A stretch of 64,000 nucleotides of DNA. Origin: Deltaproteobacteria bacterium. Its GTDB lineage: Bacteria; Myxococcota_A; JAADFL01. The position numbers and the translations under genes are program-made. A model generated the notes under the pieces. That model saw only the letters and a list, made by a program, of their open reading frames with translations. It was not told where the DNA came from and ran no database searches. Positions 9,999 through 19,149 of the stretch are shown in pieces. Each line of letters opens with the position of its first letter. The stretch's first letter is position 1. The DNA lies in the NCBI GenBank assembly GCA_013152945.1, contig JAADFL010000158.1, forward strand, positions 399-64,398, written 5' to 3'.

Positions 9999-10750
9999 GA
10001 GAAAGGCCCAGCAGAATAACGGGTGCCGGGTTTTATTTCGTTGCCTTGCTTTCCGCATTCGTATTATTTTTAGCAAGCATTGCACAGGCCAAAGACGCGG
10101 AAGATACACCCGGGTTCGCCTACCCGGGAGCAATGGAACGGCCCCTTGCGGATGACATGCGGCTGAACGGCCTGCCGGTTCTGGAAACGTATTTTTTCAC
10201 GAGCGATGAAATAGACCATGTTGCCGACTACTACTTTGAAGCCATGACCAGGTCGGGATTGATGGTGGCTGAATCCGGTTCCAAAGGCAGGAGAACATTG
10301 ATTGGAGTAAGGCCTAACGGAAGTATGGTATTCAGCGTGAACATGTACGATTACGGCGGGAAGGTGGCTGTCTTTCCCTCCAGGATGCCAATGCATCTTC
10401 TTGCACGAAAACAAGATGCACGAAACAAGTCGTCCGGTTCAACCCTGGTCCCGATATTTCCGGGTGCCGATGGGGTTTCGAACCTTGAAACGAACGACCG
10501 GCAAATGGTCACACAAACAATCGGGTACCAAGACAGGCGAAGTCTAACGGATAATATAAGGTTCTACCTGTCCCAAATGAGAGCCAAGGGCTGGAAAGTG
10601 GTTCCACGGGCAAGCCGCGTACAGGGCAATGTCGCTGTAATGTCTTTTGAGAGAACCCGCATGTCCTGCACCATTACAGTGACAAGGGACGAGAAAAAGA
10701 GGTTGACCCTGGTGACAGCCGTATTGAACAAAAGATTGGCGGGAGAGTAG
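9986..10750 (+). CDS. Exported hypothetical protein of the Tad/Kil locus
   Basis: Signal peptide ending AQA; two similar alpha/beta halves (DHVADYYFEAMTRSGL and TDNIRFYLSQMRAKGW); overlaps the upstream pilin gene. Confidence 0.7.
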   Translation: MLLLRERPSRITGAGFYFVALLSAFVLFLASIAQAKDAEDTPGFAYPGAMERPLADDMRLNGLPVLETYFFTSDEIDHVADYYFEAMTRSGLMVAESGSKGRRTLIGVRPNGSMVFSVNMYDYGGKVAVFPSRMPMHLLARKQDARNKSSGSTLVPIFPGADGVSNLETNDRQMVTQTIGYQDRRSLTDNIRFYLSQMRAKGWKVVPRASRVQGNVAVMSFERTRMSCTITVTRDEKKRLTLVTAVLNKRLAGE

Positions 10751-10762
10751 CAGGAGAATAAT

Positions 10763-10969
10763 ATGAAAGACCTGTATTTCTTGCTGGCATCATTACCGGG
10801 CCGGGCTGCTGGAGAAAAAGGCCAGTCCATGGTGGAATATACATTGATTACATTTTTCCTGCTCATTGCCGCGGGCGGCGTGGCCTTTGCCTTCTTGCCC
10901 GATATGTTGAGTGCGTACCAGGACTATATCGACAGTTTCTCGTTCGTGCTCAACCTGCCCATCCCCTGA
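10763..10969 (+). CDS. Flp-type major pilin
   Basis: 68 aa; Flp motif KG|QSMVEY followed by a hydrophobic helix; AGGAG RBS. Confidence 0.88.
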   Translation: MKDLYFLLASLPGRAAGEKGQSMVEYTLITFFLLIAAGGVAFAFLPDMLSAYQDYIDSFSFVLNLPIP

Positions 10970-10994
10970 ATTATCGAACCTGTTCAATCTGGCA

Positions 10995-11858
10995 TTACGG
11001 GGGTAATCGTGATCCCTTGCTCTCGTCCCGCACTCCTGTAGGAGGAGTTTTTGGATTTACCATTTTTTTGGGCATGGGCATTTTTTCGAGCCGGGGCATT
11101 GCCAAAGTTTTCACCACCGGGCCGTTAATGGCTGACTTGGCGCCTTTCCCAAAGCCCTTCAAGATCCAGATGCCTATGGCACTGTCGGACTTGACTATTC
11201 CCATAACAGGAACCTTTTTCGAGAACCAGTAATGCATGTCCGAGCCGTCCATGAACTTTGTGACTACGTGCCTGGCCTTGAAAGTGCCCGCCGGAACCTT
11301 TATGGTCTGGACACCCAGGTTTCTTGTCTTGGACCCGGCTGCTTCCTGACCACATTGGGAAGGGCCGGAAAATCCCGAGTTATTCCTGGTATCGATTTCC
11401 ATGGCAGGCCCGTTTTTGAAACTAATCAGTGATTTCACAGCTCGCAGCCCCCCCTTCCCGTCATTTACCAAAAGCGTCTTTGTTACAATGCCGCCCATGG
11501 GGCCGGTCGTCCTGAACTCGAACCAGGCACCCTTTGCATTGTTTTCCAACCTTTCCTTGGCAACAACGCCCATCCAGATTATAAAAGGGCTTGGTTTTGG
11601 GTCGCCGTGCGTCCGGATTTCGTACTCTACCCATGTTCCGAGAGGAATGTCGGTTATGGCTTTCCCGATTCTTACGGGCAGACTCCAAAGACCCGTGGAT
11701 GGCAGGCACCGGCTCTCACCAGGGACCTTCTTGTCTGACATTTTATTAGGAGTTTCACGCTCTCTCGCATACGTGTTCGGGATTGTTACAGGCAACAAGA
11801 GAAACAGCCAGGAAGCAATTATAAAAAATACTAAAGCTCTGGTGGAAGCTGTACCCAT
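10995..11858 (-). CDS. Exported hypothetical protein (DUF3108-like beta-rich fold)
   Basis: N-terminal hydrophobic segment; GTWVEY, TIKVPAGTFKA and YWFSKKVPVMGIVK motifs. Confidence 0.65.
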   Translation of the reverse strand: MGTASTRALVFFIIASWLFLLLPVTIPNTYARERETPNKMSDKKVPGESRCLPSTGLWSLPVRIGKAITDIPLGTWVEYEIRTHGDPKPSPFIIWMGVVAKERLENNAKGAWFEFRTTGPMGGIVTKTLLVNDGKGGLRAVKSLISFKNGPAMEIDTRNNSGFSGPSQCGQEAAGSKTRNLGVQTIKVPAGTFKARHVVTKFMDGSDMHYWFSKKVPVMGIVKSDSAIGIWILKGFGKGAKSAINGPVVKTLAMPRLEKMPMPKKMVNPKTPPTGVRDESKGSRLPP

Positions 11859-12024
11859 ATCCTGATGAAAACGGAAAAGAAGATCAAAGTAAATCGGTCA
11901 ATCCGCCATGTAAAAGTACCGGCCTCGAGATAGCAACCATAGCATGCTTGAAGATGCCACTCGATTACTGTGACCGTGAATGCCTCCCGGCCCGGAAAAT
12001 CACCAATACCAATATTTTCCGTAT

Positions 12025-12053
12025 TTGACAGTGACCCATGCTCGTGTTATTAA
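12025..12053 (+). promoter_or_regulatory. Sigma70-type promoter for the cpaB-tadB-tadC-FHA operon
   Basis: TTGACA (12025-12030), 17 nt spacer, TATTAA with an extended -10 TG. Confidence 0.55.
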
Positions 12054-12177
12054 AATTCCTTGAATTATAGGCGGTTCGGCCGTTCTGGCCAAAGGGGTAC
12101 AGAAGCGTACCTAAAGCCGTCTTGGAATTTTTAGGGCCGGATGGTTGCAGATCCGGGTAATGTGAGGTTTTCCAGTC

Positions 12178-12999
12178 ATGCTCAAGGGTCGCACACCACT
12201 AATTCTTGCCGTTGTGCTGGCCGCCATGGCCGGGCTTTTGGCATATGTTTCTCTGGTCAGTTCGGAAAAGGCGGTACGTGCAGGGTGGGAACTTGTGCCG
12301 GCTGTGGTGGCGAACGAGGATCTTGATGCCGGGACAGAAATAGACGTTGATAACATTGCTGTACGCAAAGTTCCCGAAGACTTTGTGACCAAATCGGTAA
12401 TAAGGCCTGAAAATGTGCAGCACATCCTGGGACAAAGGCTTGCAGTAACGATAAAAAGAGGAGATCTCCTTCTCTGGTCGCACTTCCAGGAATCCAGGGA
12501 ATTTGAAAGATTATCCACGCTGGTACAGCCTAAGTACAGGGCCATATCAATACGGGTCAGTGAAGAATCTTCTGTCAGCCAGTGGATAAGACCGAACGAT
12601 CACGTAGATATTCTCGGGACCTTCCGGGATCCCCAGAACAACGAGATGATGACTGTCACCCTGTTACAGAACGTAATCGTCCTGGCAACCGGCAAGATTG
12701 CGCCCACTACTGCTACAGCAGGACTCATGACCGGTGAAAAGAAATATCCATCGATTACCCTGTTGGTCCTTCCGGAAGAAGCGGAGATTCTCACCCTGGC
12801 CCAGGACATGGGTAACATCTATGCCACGTTGAGAAACCCGGACGACATCTCGGTTCAAAGAGAACGCGGTAAGGCTACAATAAAGACACTACTGACCGGC
12901 GAGAGATTGAACACTCTCGGAAGAATAAGGCAAAAGGACCAGGTGATAATCATCCGGGGAACCCAGGCCAAGAGGGCCAGAGGGGCCACAGGGGAGTAG
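12178..12999 (+). CDS. cpaB: Flp pilus assembly protein CpaB/RcpC
   Basis: N-terminal TM helix, SAF-like VVANEDLDAGT, RAISIRV, PNDHVDILGT, TLLQNVIVLATG, TLRNPDD. Confidence 0.93.
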   Translation: MLKGRTPLILAVVLAAMAGLLAYVSLVSSEKAVRAGWELVPAVVANEDLDAGTEIDVDNIAVRKVPEDFVTKSVIRPENVQHILGQRLAVTIKRGDLLLWSHFQESREFERLSTLVQPKYRAISIRVSEESSVSQWIRPNDHVDILGTFRDPQNNEMMTVTLLQNVIVLATGKIAPTTATAGLMTGEKKYPSITLLVLPEEAEILTLAQDMGNIYATLRNPDDISVQRERGKATIKTLLTGERLNTLGRIRQKDQVIIIRGTQAKRARGATGE

Positions 13000-13002
13000 A
13001 GC

Positions 13003-13860
13003 GTGCTTTTTCAGACAGCAGCAGTGCTGGTTTTCATATTGGTGGCTGCGTCGGTGTTTTTTGTTGTTGCGGTTGTCCACAACATTCTTGCAAGGGCGTG
13101 GGACAAGTACCAGGATAGGTACACGGTCAGGACCCTGGATGATTTCAGTGAACTGGTCCTGGTTCTCGAACCCAGGCAAATTGCAGTTCTTTCCGTATGT
13201 GGGGCTGTCCTTGGATTGATGCTTGGAATACTGTTCTTCGGCAAGATTTGGACAGGCATGTTGACTGTAGCAGGTGCTGCCGTACCTCCATTGCTGGTCA
13301 GAAGGTACAGAATAAAAAGGCTGGAGAAGTTCAACCGGCAACTGGTGGATGCATTGAACCAAATTGCAAATGCACTCAAGGCCGGCCTGACCCTGCCCCA
13401 GGCTGCGGAGGATGTGGCCGCCGAGTCACAGGCCCCGCTCGCTCAAGAGTTCGGAGTAATGGTCAGGGAACTGAAACTTGGAGTTTCATTGGACAATGCC
13501 ATGGAAAATATGGCCCGGCGGGTGGGAAGCGAGGATCTCGACTTGGTGGTGACCTCGACCACTGTGGCCAGGACCCTGGGGGGAAACATGGCCGAGATGT
13601 ATGAGACAGTAGCCGGCACGATTAGGGAACGATTCAGGTTGGAGGGAAGGATCAAGGCCGTGACTTCCCAGGGCAAGCTCCAGGGCTGGATCGTGGCATC
13701 GCTTCCCTTTGCGCTCTGGCTCGTAATGGATTACATGCGGCCCGATTTGATGGAACCCCTGTTTTCATCCTGGCACGGTTACATCGTCATCGGCCTGATC
13801 CTGTTTTTCGAAGGTATCGGTATCATGCTGATCAGAAGGATTGTAAATATAGACGTGTAA
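13003..13860 (+). CDS. tadB: Tad inner-membrane platform protein TadB (T2SS F family)
   Basis: QLVDALNQIANALKAGLTL, GGNMAE, TIRERFRLEGRIKAVTSQGKLQG, RRIVNIDV. Confidence 0.92.
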   Translation: MLFQTAAVLVFILVAASVFFVVAVVHNILARAWDKYQDRYTVRTLDDFSELVLVLEPRQIAVLSVCGAVLGLMLGILFFGKIWTGMLTVAGAAVPPLLVRRYRIKRLEKFNRQLVDALNQIANALKAGLTLPQAAEDVAAESQAPLAQEFGVMVRELKLGVSLDNAMENMARRVGSEDLDLVVTSTTVARTLGGNMAEMYETVAGTIRERFRLEGRIKAVTSQGKLQGWIVASLPFALWLVMDYMRPDLMEPLFSSWHGYIVIGLILFFEGIGIMLIRRIVNIDV

Positions 13861-13878
13861 GATAGGAGGAAGGCCCCG

Positions 13879-14772
13879 GTGATCTTCAAGGTGCTATTAG
13901 GAATATCCGCCCTCTTGTTCGGCGTGGCGGTTTATTACTTTGTAATATGGGCCTGGACCAAGGTACTGGGAACACTGTCAGGCGGTCCTGAAAAAAGGGA
14001 TAAGGTCCGTGTCGGAGGCGGGCAAATCGTCCGGAAACTGATCAAGATGACCGGCGGGCTGGTTGCCGGTTTTCTAAAGCAGGATTATGAACAGCGAATA
14101 GCCGCCAAGCTGGTAATGGCGGGAGAGCCCGAGGGTGTGGGGCCATTGGACTTTTTCGCAACCCAATTTCTGTCTGCCGTGGCCTTTCTTATCTTTGCAC
14201 TTATCTTCAGCCTGTTTTTTGCATTCAGACCGGTAAATTTCGTGCTTGTAGTCGTAACATTGACTTTTTTCGGATTTACCTTCCCCCATGTGTGGTTGCG
14301 GGACAAGGTGGCGCAAAGGCACCAGGAAATAGCAAGGGCCTTACCATATGCGCTCGACCTGTTGACCTTGTCGGTGGAGGCGGGGATGGATTTTGCGGCT
14401 GCTGTGTCAAAGGTGGTCGAAAAGGGACGGGCCAGCGCCCTGGTCGAAGAATTAAGATTGATGCTCAACCATCTTCGCATGGGAAAAACAAGGGAGGAAG
14501 CCCTCAAGACGCTGGCCGATCGTGTCAATATGCCCCAGTTACACCAGTTCACGAGTGCCTTGATCCAGGCGGACCGAATGGGAACTTCACTTGGACATAT
14601 ATTACGCATACAATCCAACCAGCTTCGCATGGACAGGACACAACGCGCGGAAAAATTGGCAAACGAGGCTCCGGTTAAGATGCTGTTTCCCTTGATATTT
14701 TGTATTTTCCCAACGGTTTTTATAGTACTCTTCGCCCCGATAATCTATCAGTTCGTCGTGGGCGGAGTGTAA
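13879..14772 (+). CDS. tadC: Tad inner-membrane platform protein TadC
   Basis: LPYALDLLTLSVEAGMDF, LIQADRMGTSL, AEKLANEAPVKMLFPLIFCIFP. Confidence 0.93.
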   Translation: MIFKVLLGISALLFGVAVYYFVIWAWTKVLGTLSGGPEKRDKVRVGGGQIVRKLIKMTGGLVAGFLKQDYEQRIAAKLVMAGEPEGVGPLDFFATQFLSAVAFLIFALIFSLFFAFRPVNFVLVVVTLTFFGFTFPHVWLRDKVAQRHQEIARALPYALDLLTLSVEAGMDFAAAVSKVVEKGRASALVEELRLMLNHLRMGKTREEALKTLADRVNMPQLHQFTSALIQADRMGTSLGHILRIQSNQLRMDRTQRAEKLANEAPVKMLFPLIFCIFPTVFIVLFAPIIYQFVVGGV

Positions 14773-14782
14773 GAAACCAAAG

Positions 14783-16213
14783 GTGGCCGGACAAGTGAGC
14801 TACTTGGACACAGGCGAAGGCAGCGCACCCGAATTCTCCTTGACCATTACCGAAGGGGATGGCAAGGGAGAAAAATTCGAGTTCGACCGGGTGGAAATCA
14901 GTGTTGGGAGAAATCCGGAAAACGACATGGTTCTCTCCAGCTCCAAGGTATCAAGATGCCATTTCAACATTAGGTATGCAGGGACCAAGTACATAATCAG
15001 GGATGAGGGCAGCAGCAACGGCACCCTTGTAAATGGTAAGCCTATCAAGAAGGCCCTTCTGTCCAACGGCGACAAGATCAGGGTCGGGCCTTTCGTTCTG
15101 CTTTTCGGTACCGGCCAACAAACACCCGAAGGAGATCTCTACGGTTCCAAGTCCGACACCAACAGGACTCCCACGGGCGCAAGAACTCTTCCTCCCGGAG
15201 GTGTCGGCTCGGTGAGAGGAGCCAAGCCCTTGGCCCGCGCAGGTGAAAGGCCTGGAAGAATACCCGGCAGGGTGGCAAAAATAGAGCCGATAAGACGGAG
15301 AAGGGTTTCAGGCAGAATACGGGTCGTGGTGGAACGCGCGGGCGTGTTCTTCGGTCCATTAAAGCAGTGGCTGGACAGGCAGGACAAGCTGACCCGCATG
15401 TTGTTCTATTCAACGGCCGGTGCGATTGGATTTCTGCTCCTGGTATTATTGGTAATAGTATTCGTTCAATCCATCGGGGAAGAGGAGAATCTTTCGGCCC
15501 GGGTGTACGAGGCTCCGCTGTCCGGTCCTCTTGGTTATTGTGACGAGGATCGGTCTCATCCTGACGAATTGAGGATTCGCTTCAAGTACGGTAGTGGACG
15601 GGCCACTCTGGAATACTCTGTTTACAATGTCACATCCGGAGGAGAGATTAAAATAAAGGTTAATGGCGTGGATGTTTCCGAGGCGCCTTTGAGCCCGGGT
15701 AAATGGACGGAAGGGATCAGGATGGTTATACCGAAAACTCACCTGCTCGAAAATGCGGACAATCTGCTTGTGTTCGACAACACGTTCAATCCTCCGAAAC
15801 GCAGAGAATGGGCGGTAGGCGATATCAAGGTTACGGAAGAACCTCTGCCTAAGGGCAATATCCGCAAGGCGAGGGAATACATGGAAAGAGCCCGGAAACG
15901 GTACCAGAGCAGGAAGATAGGGTTCGAAAACCTGTACAGAGCATGGGAATACTTCAGATTGGCGAGGGACTACATGGAGAACCTCGAAAACAAGCCCGAT
16001 CTCTATCAGGAAGCCGATACAATGGTGGAAACATGCCGCCGTGAACTCGAAGAAGAATATTCAGGTGGCATGTTTAGGATCCACAGGGCTTTGGAATATG
16101 ATAACCTGGATGAGGCTCGTCGTGAGGCGGAACGATTGCTCAAATTCTTCCCTGAGCCGGATGATCGCCGACACAGGGAAATCAAGCAGCTCTTGGAGCA
16201 GTTGAATGAATAA
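14783..16213 (+). CDS. FHA domain - TM - periplasmic beta/TPR protein
   Basis: FHA residues VGR, VSRCH, SSNGTLVNG; single TM helix; helical TPR-like C-terminus. Confidence 0.85.
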   Translation: MAGQVSYLDTGEGSAPEFSLTITEGDGKGEKFEFDRVEISVGRNPENDMVLSSSKVSRCHFNIRYAGTKYIIRDEGSSNGTLVNGKPIKKALLSNGDKIRVGPFVLLFGTGQQTPEGDLYGSKSDTNRTPTGARTLPPGGVGSVRGAKPLARAGERPGRIPGRVAKIEPIRRRRVSGRIRVVVERAGVFFGPLKQWLDRQDKLTRMLFYSTAGAIGFLLLVLLVIVFVQSIGEEENLSARVYEAPLSGPLGYCDEDRSHPDELRIRFKYGSGRATLEYSVYNVTSGGEIKIKVNGVDVSEAPLSPGKWTEGIRMVIPKTHLLENADNLLVFDNTFNPPKRREWAVGDIKVTEEPLPKGNIRKAREYMERARKRYQSRKIGFENLYRAWEYFRLARDYMENLENKPDLYQEADTMVETCRRELEEEYSGGMFRIHRALEYDNLDEARREAERLLKFFPEPDDRRHREIKQLLEQLNE

Positions 16214-16246
16214 TATCAATCGCGACGGTTATGCTGGAGTAATGCA

Positions 16247-18925
16247 ATGACCAGGAAACCAGGAGACAAGGACGACGACCTGTTTGATACTCTCTTCGGA
16301 GAGGAAGATCACAAACAACGGCCGGACGAAAAAGGGGATATCGATCTGGAAGAACTGGACCGCAAGGTCGGTATCAATTCTGATGAGGATGAAAGCGACG
16401 GCTTTGGGCCTGAAGATTTAATAGACGACTTGGAAACACAAGACGAGCCTCAAGGTGAAATAGAGGATGAAACAGTCGATGAATTCGAAGAAGTGTCCGA
16501 CGACGATGTAATGTTTGCCGATGAAGGTGATGTTCAACTTATAGATAGCGACGAGCTGGAAAAGACTGATCCGCAGACCCGCAGGTCAGCGCCAATCAAG
16601 GCGGAGAAAATAAAAGAAGAAGATGAGCAAGAAGAGGGACAAGATCAACAGATTAGTGATGAACTTCTTGGTGACGATTTTCTGGATGATGAGATGAAAG
16701 CCTTGGCCGAAGGCTCACTGGAAACAAACGACGATATAAGCGGAACAGCAAAAAGTGACATTGCCGATACAGGTGAAGACCTGGAACCTGCCGACGAAGA
16801 AGAGATATTTGGGGAGGTGTCTTCAGGTCCCAAGAATTCACCTGTCCGCCCGGGAGGCATGGCGCCTACCATGGAGATGGAATATCCGGAAGGGCGGGAT
16901 ATTCCCGGCTTTGAAGAAAGTCCGGAAGATAAAGCGGCCCAGGAAGATATCAAGGTCGCTGGTTTCGGTATTTCCCATCGGAGAGAGATTGATGAGCAAC
17001 CGCTATTCGGCGCACCTGATCCGGAAATGGAAGAACAAGAGCCACGGGATGCAAATGATGATTTCCTTTTGGGCCCAAGTAGCCGGCAAGCCAGGCCCGT
17101 TGGTAGAAGAAAAGGCGGACTGGTGGATGATATCGTGGGTTACGAAGCATTCAAGGATAAACCGGGAGCCGCGGGTGGAAGAGGTCCCGGCGGTGCGAAA
17201 TCCTCTTCCGAGTCGGAATTGGCTGACGAGGCCACACAGATAATAGATATTCGTGAAGCAAGAGCCAGGACCGATTTGCCGAGGCTTGTGGTACATACAT
17301 CTGACCGGGGGGATGTGGAGTACATGGTCGAGGATGGGGGACTGACAATAGGTCGCGGAGTAGACAATGATGTAATCATTTCGGATTTGGCGGCTTCAAG
17401 GCAACATGCGATTGTTCAAGTCAGGGACGGTAGTTACTTTCTTGCCGATCTGGGCAGTGGAAACGGCACCCGCGTAAATGGACGGAGGATAGACGAGGTG
17501 CCGTTGAAGGGTGGGGAAGAGATAGAGATCGGGACGGTAAGATGTCATTTCGTTATTCCGTCTGCAAAAAACGGACAACCTCATGTTTTCACGCCAAAGA
17601 AGAAATCAGGGAGCATGGCAAAGGCGCTGCTGGCATTGTCATTGGTGTTGTTACTTGCCATCGGGATCGGCTTGGTCGTCAAGTTCGGTATGAAGAAAGG
17701 ATGGTTCGGGAAGAGGGGAAATACAGGAGTGACCGAGCTAGCCAGGAAGAATGATAGCGGTACAGCCAAAAAATTCTTCGACCAGGGTGTGGTGAAATTC
17801 AGAGAAAAAGAGTGGAAAGAGGCATTGAACAAGTTCCAGGTCGCTGCTCAATTGGACCCCCGGTTTCCGAACATTGACAAGTACCTGCAACGTTGCAAGG
17901 AAGAGGAGGACAATGCTCGCTGGTTCGAGGAAGGCAAAGCCGCTTTCAAAAAAAGAGATCTCCGGAAAGCCAGGGAATTTTTGTCCAAGGTTACATTGGA
18001 GAGTGTATATCGTACCGATGCTCAACAATTTCTGGCCAGAACCGAAGATGCCTTGGTGGATCAAATGCTGAAAAAGGCCGAGCAGATTCTCGACGCAAAT
18101 CCTTCAGAAGCATTGAAGCTTGCAAAGGAAGTCATCGAGATTATGCCGACCAATACGCGGGCCTTCAACATACAGACAAAAGCCGAAGATCGCCTGGACA
18201 AGAAGGGAACCAGGGTGGCTGCGGTGGAAAGGCCTTCATCAACGAACAGATCTTGGCATCCAAGACGGCATTACAGGCCCAAAAGCAAGGTGGAAACAAG
18301 ACCGGTCAAAACCGAGAAAAATACAGAAGAGGAGGCGCCCGGCCAGTCATCGGCTACTGGAGGCATTGCCGATGGTTTACGCCTTTTCGACCAGAAGAAA
18401 TTTTCAGATGCCATTGCGTTCATGAACAACCTGAGCCGGTCATCCAGGAGAAGGGCAACAAGGCGCAAAGCATCCAAGCTTGTAAAGAAATTGAAGGCAT
18501 TCAATGCAGCATGGAACAGTGGAACAAATCAATTGAAGAAAAGATCCTTTGGAGGAGCCATAAGGGCATTCGAGAAGGCACTGAGGATTGGGAAAACCAT
18601 CAAGTCGAGCAGCCCCATAATCGACGAGGTCAAGAAACGACTCGCACCATCCTATGTCCTGTACGGCAATGCTTCCCTCAAGAATACAAAGTATTCCGAA
18701 GCATATCAGAGCTTCAAGAAAGCCTTGAAGTACAGGCCTGGATATACGCTGGCAAAAAGAGGTATGCAGCAACTGGCCTCAAAAGCCAAGAAGCTCTACT
18801 ACGAAGGTTATGTTGCCAAGTACTCGGATCCGGACACGGCAAAGAAAAAATGGCGTATCGTGGTCCAGATAACGCCGCCTGACAACGAGTGGCATCAAAA
18901 GGCGGAGAAACGCCTGGAAGAATAA
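16247..18925 (+). CDS. Acidic N-terminus - FHA - TM - TPR protein
   Basis: D/E-rich first ~300 aa; FHA IGR, ASRQH, SGNGTRVNG; TM helix; multiple TPRs. Confidence 0.85.
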   Translation: MTRKPGDKDDDLFDTLFGEEDHKQRPDEKGDIDLEELDRKVGINSDEDESDGFGPEDLIDDLETQDEPQGEIEDETVDEFEEVSDDDVMFADEGDVQLIDSDELEKTDPQTRRSAPIKAEKIKEEDEQEEGQDQQISDELLGDDFLDDEMKALAEGSLETNDDISGTAKSDIADTGEDLEPADEEEIFGEVSSGPKNSPVRPGGMAPTMEMEYPEGRDIPGFEESPEDKAAQEDIKVAGFGISHRREIDEQPLFGAPDPEMEEQEPRDANDDFLLGPSSRQARPVGRRKGGLVDDIVGYEAFKDKPGAAGGRGPGGAKSSSESELADEATQIIDIREARARTDLPRLVVHTSDRGDVEYMVEDGGLTIGRGVDNDVIISDLAASRQHAIVQVRDGSYFLADLGSGNGTRVNGRRIDEVPLKGGEEIEIGTVRCHFVIPSAKNGQPHVFTPKKKSGSMAKALLALSLVLLLAIGIGLVVKFGMKKGWFGKRGNTGVTELARKNDSGTAKKFFDQGVVKFREKEWKEALNKFQVAAQLDPRFPNIDKYLQRCKEEEDNARWFEEGKAAFKKRDLRKAREFLSKVTLESVYRTDAQQFLARTEDALVDQMLKKAEQILDANPSEALKLAKEVIEIMPTNTRAFNIQTKAEDRLDKKGTRVAAVERPSSTNRSWHPRRHYRPKSKVETRPVKTEKNTEEEAPGQSSATGGIADGLRLFDQKKFSDAIAFMNNLSRSSRRRATRRKASKLVKKLKAFNAAWNSGTNQLKKRSFGGAIRAFEKALRIGKTIKSSSPIIDEVKKRLAPSYVLYGNASLKNTKYSEAYQSFKKALKYRPGYTLAKRGMQQLASKAKKLYYEGYVAKYSDPDTAKKKWRIVVQITPPDNEWHQKAEKRLEE

Positions 18926-19149
18926 TGGCTTTTTGCTTCTTTTGTTTTTTTTAAAGCAGTTCGAGTCATTCGTTTTATTCGGCCGAGCGTCAACAGGAAA
19001 GCTCCCGGTTATTTCAGAGTCGTTGCCGATAGTTCCTTTCAGACGAATTTTCAGGCAAAGACCGTGTAATCATGAACAGGTTCGTATGATTATTTGATAA
19101 GCCTGACAATAAGATTGGAATGTACTATTGAACGAGCTGTTTACTATGT

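Noticed and set aside
17893-18882. 329-aa alternative-frame ORF
   Set aside because: Nested in the FHA-TPR gene, R/Q/G-biased and without domain features
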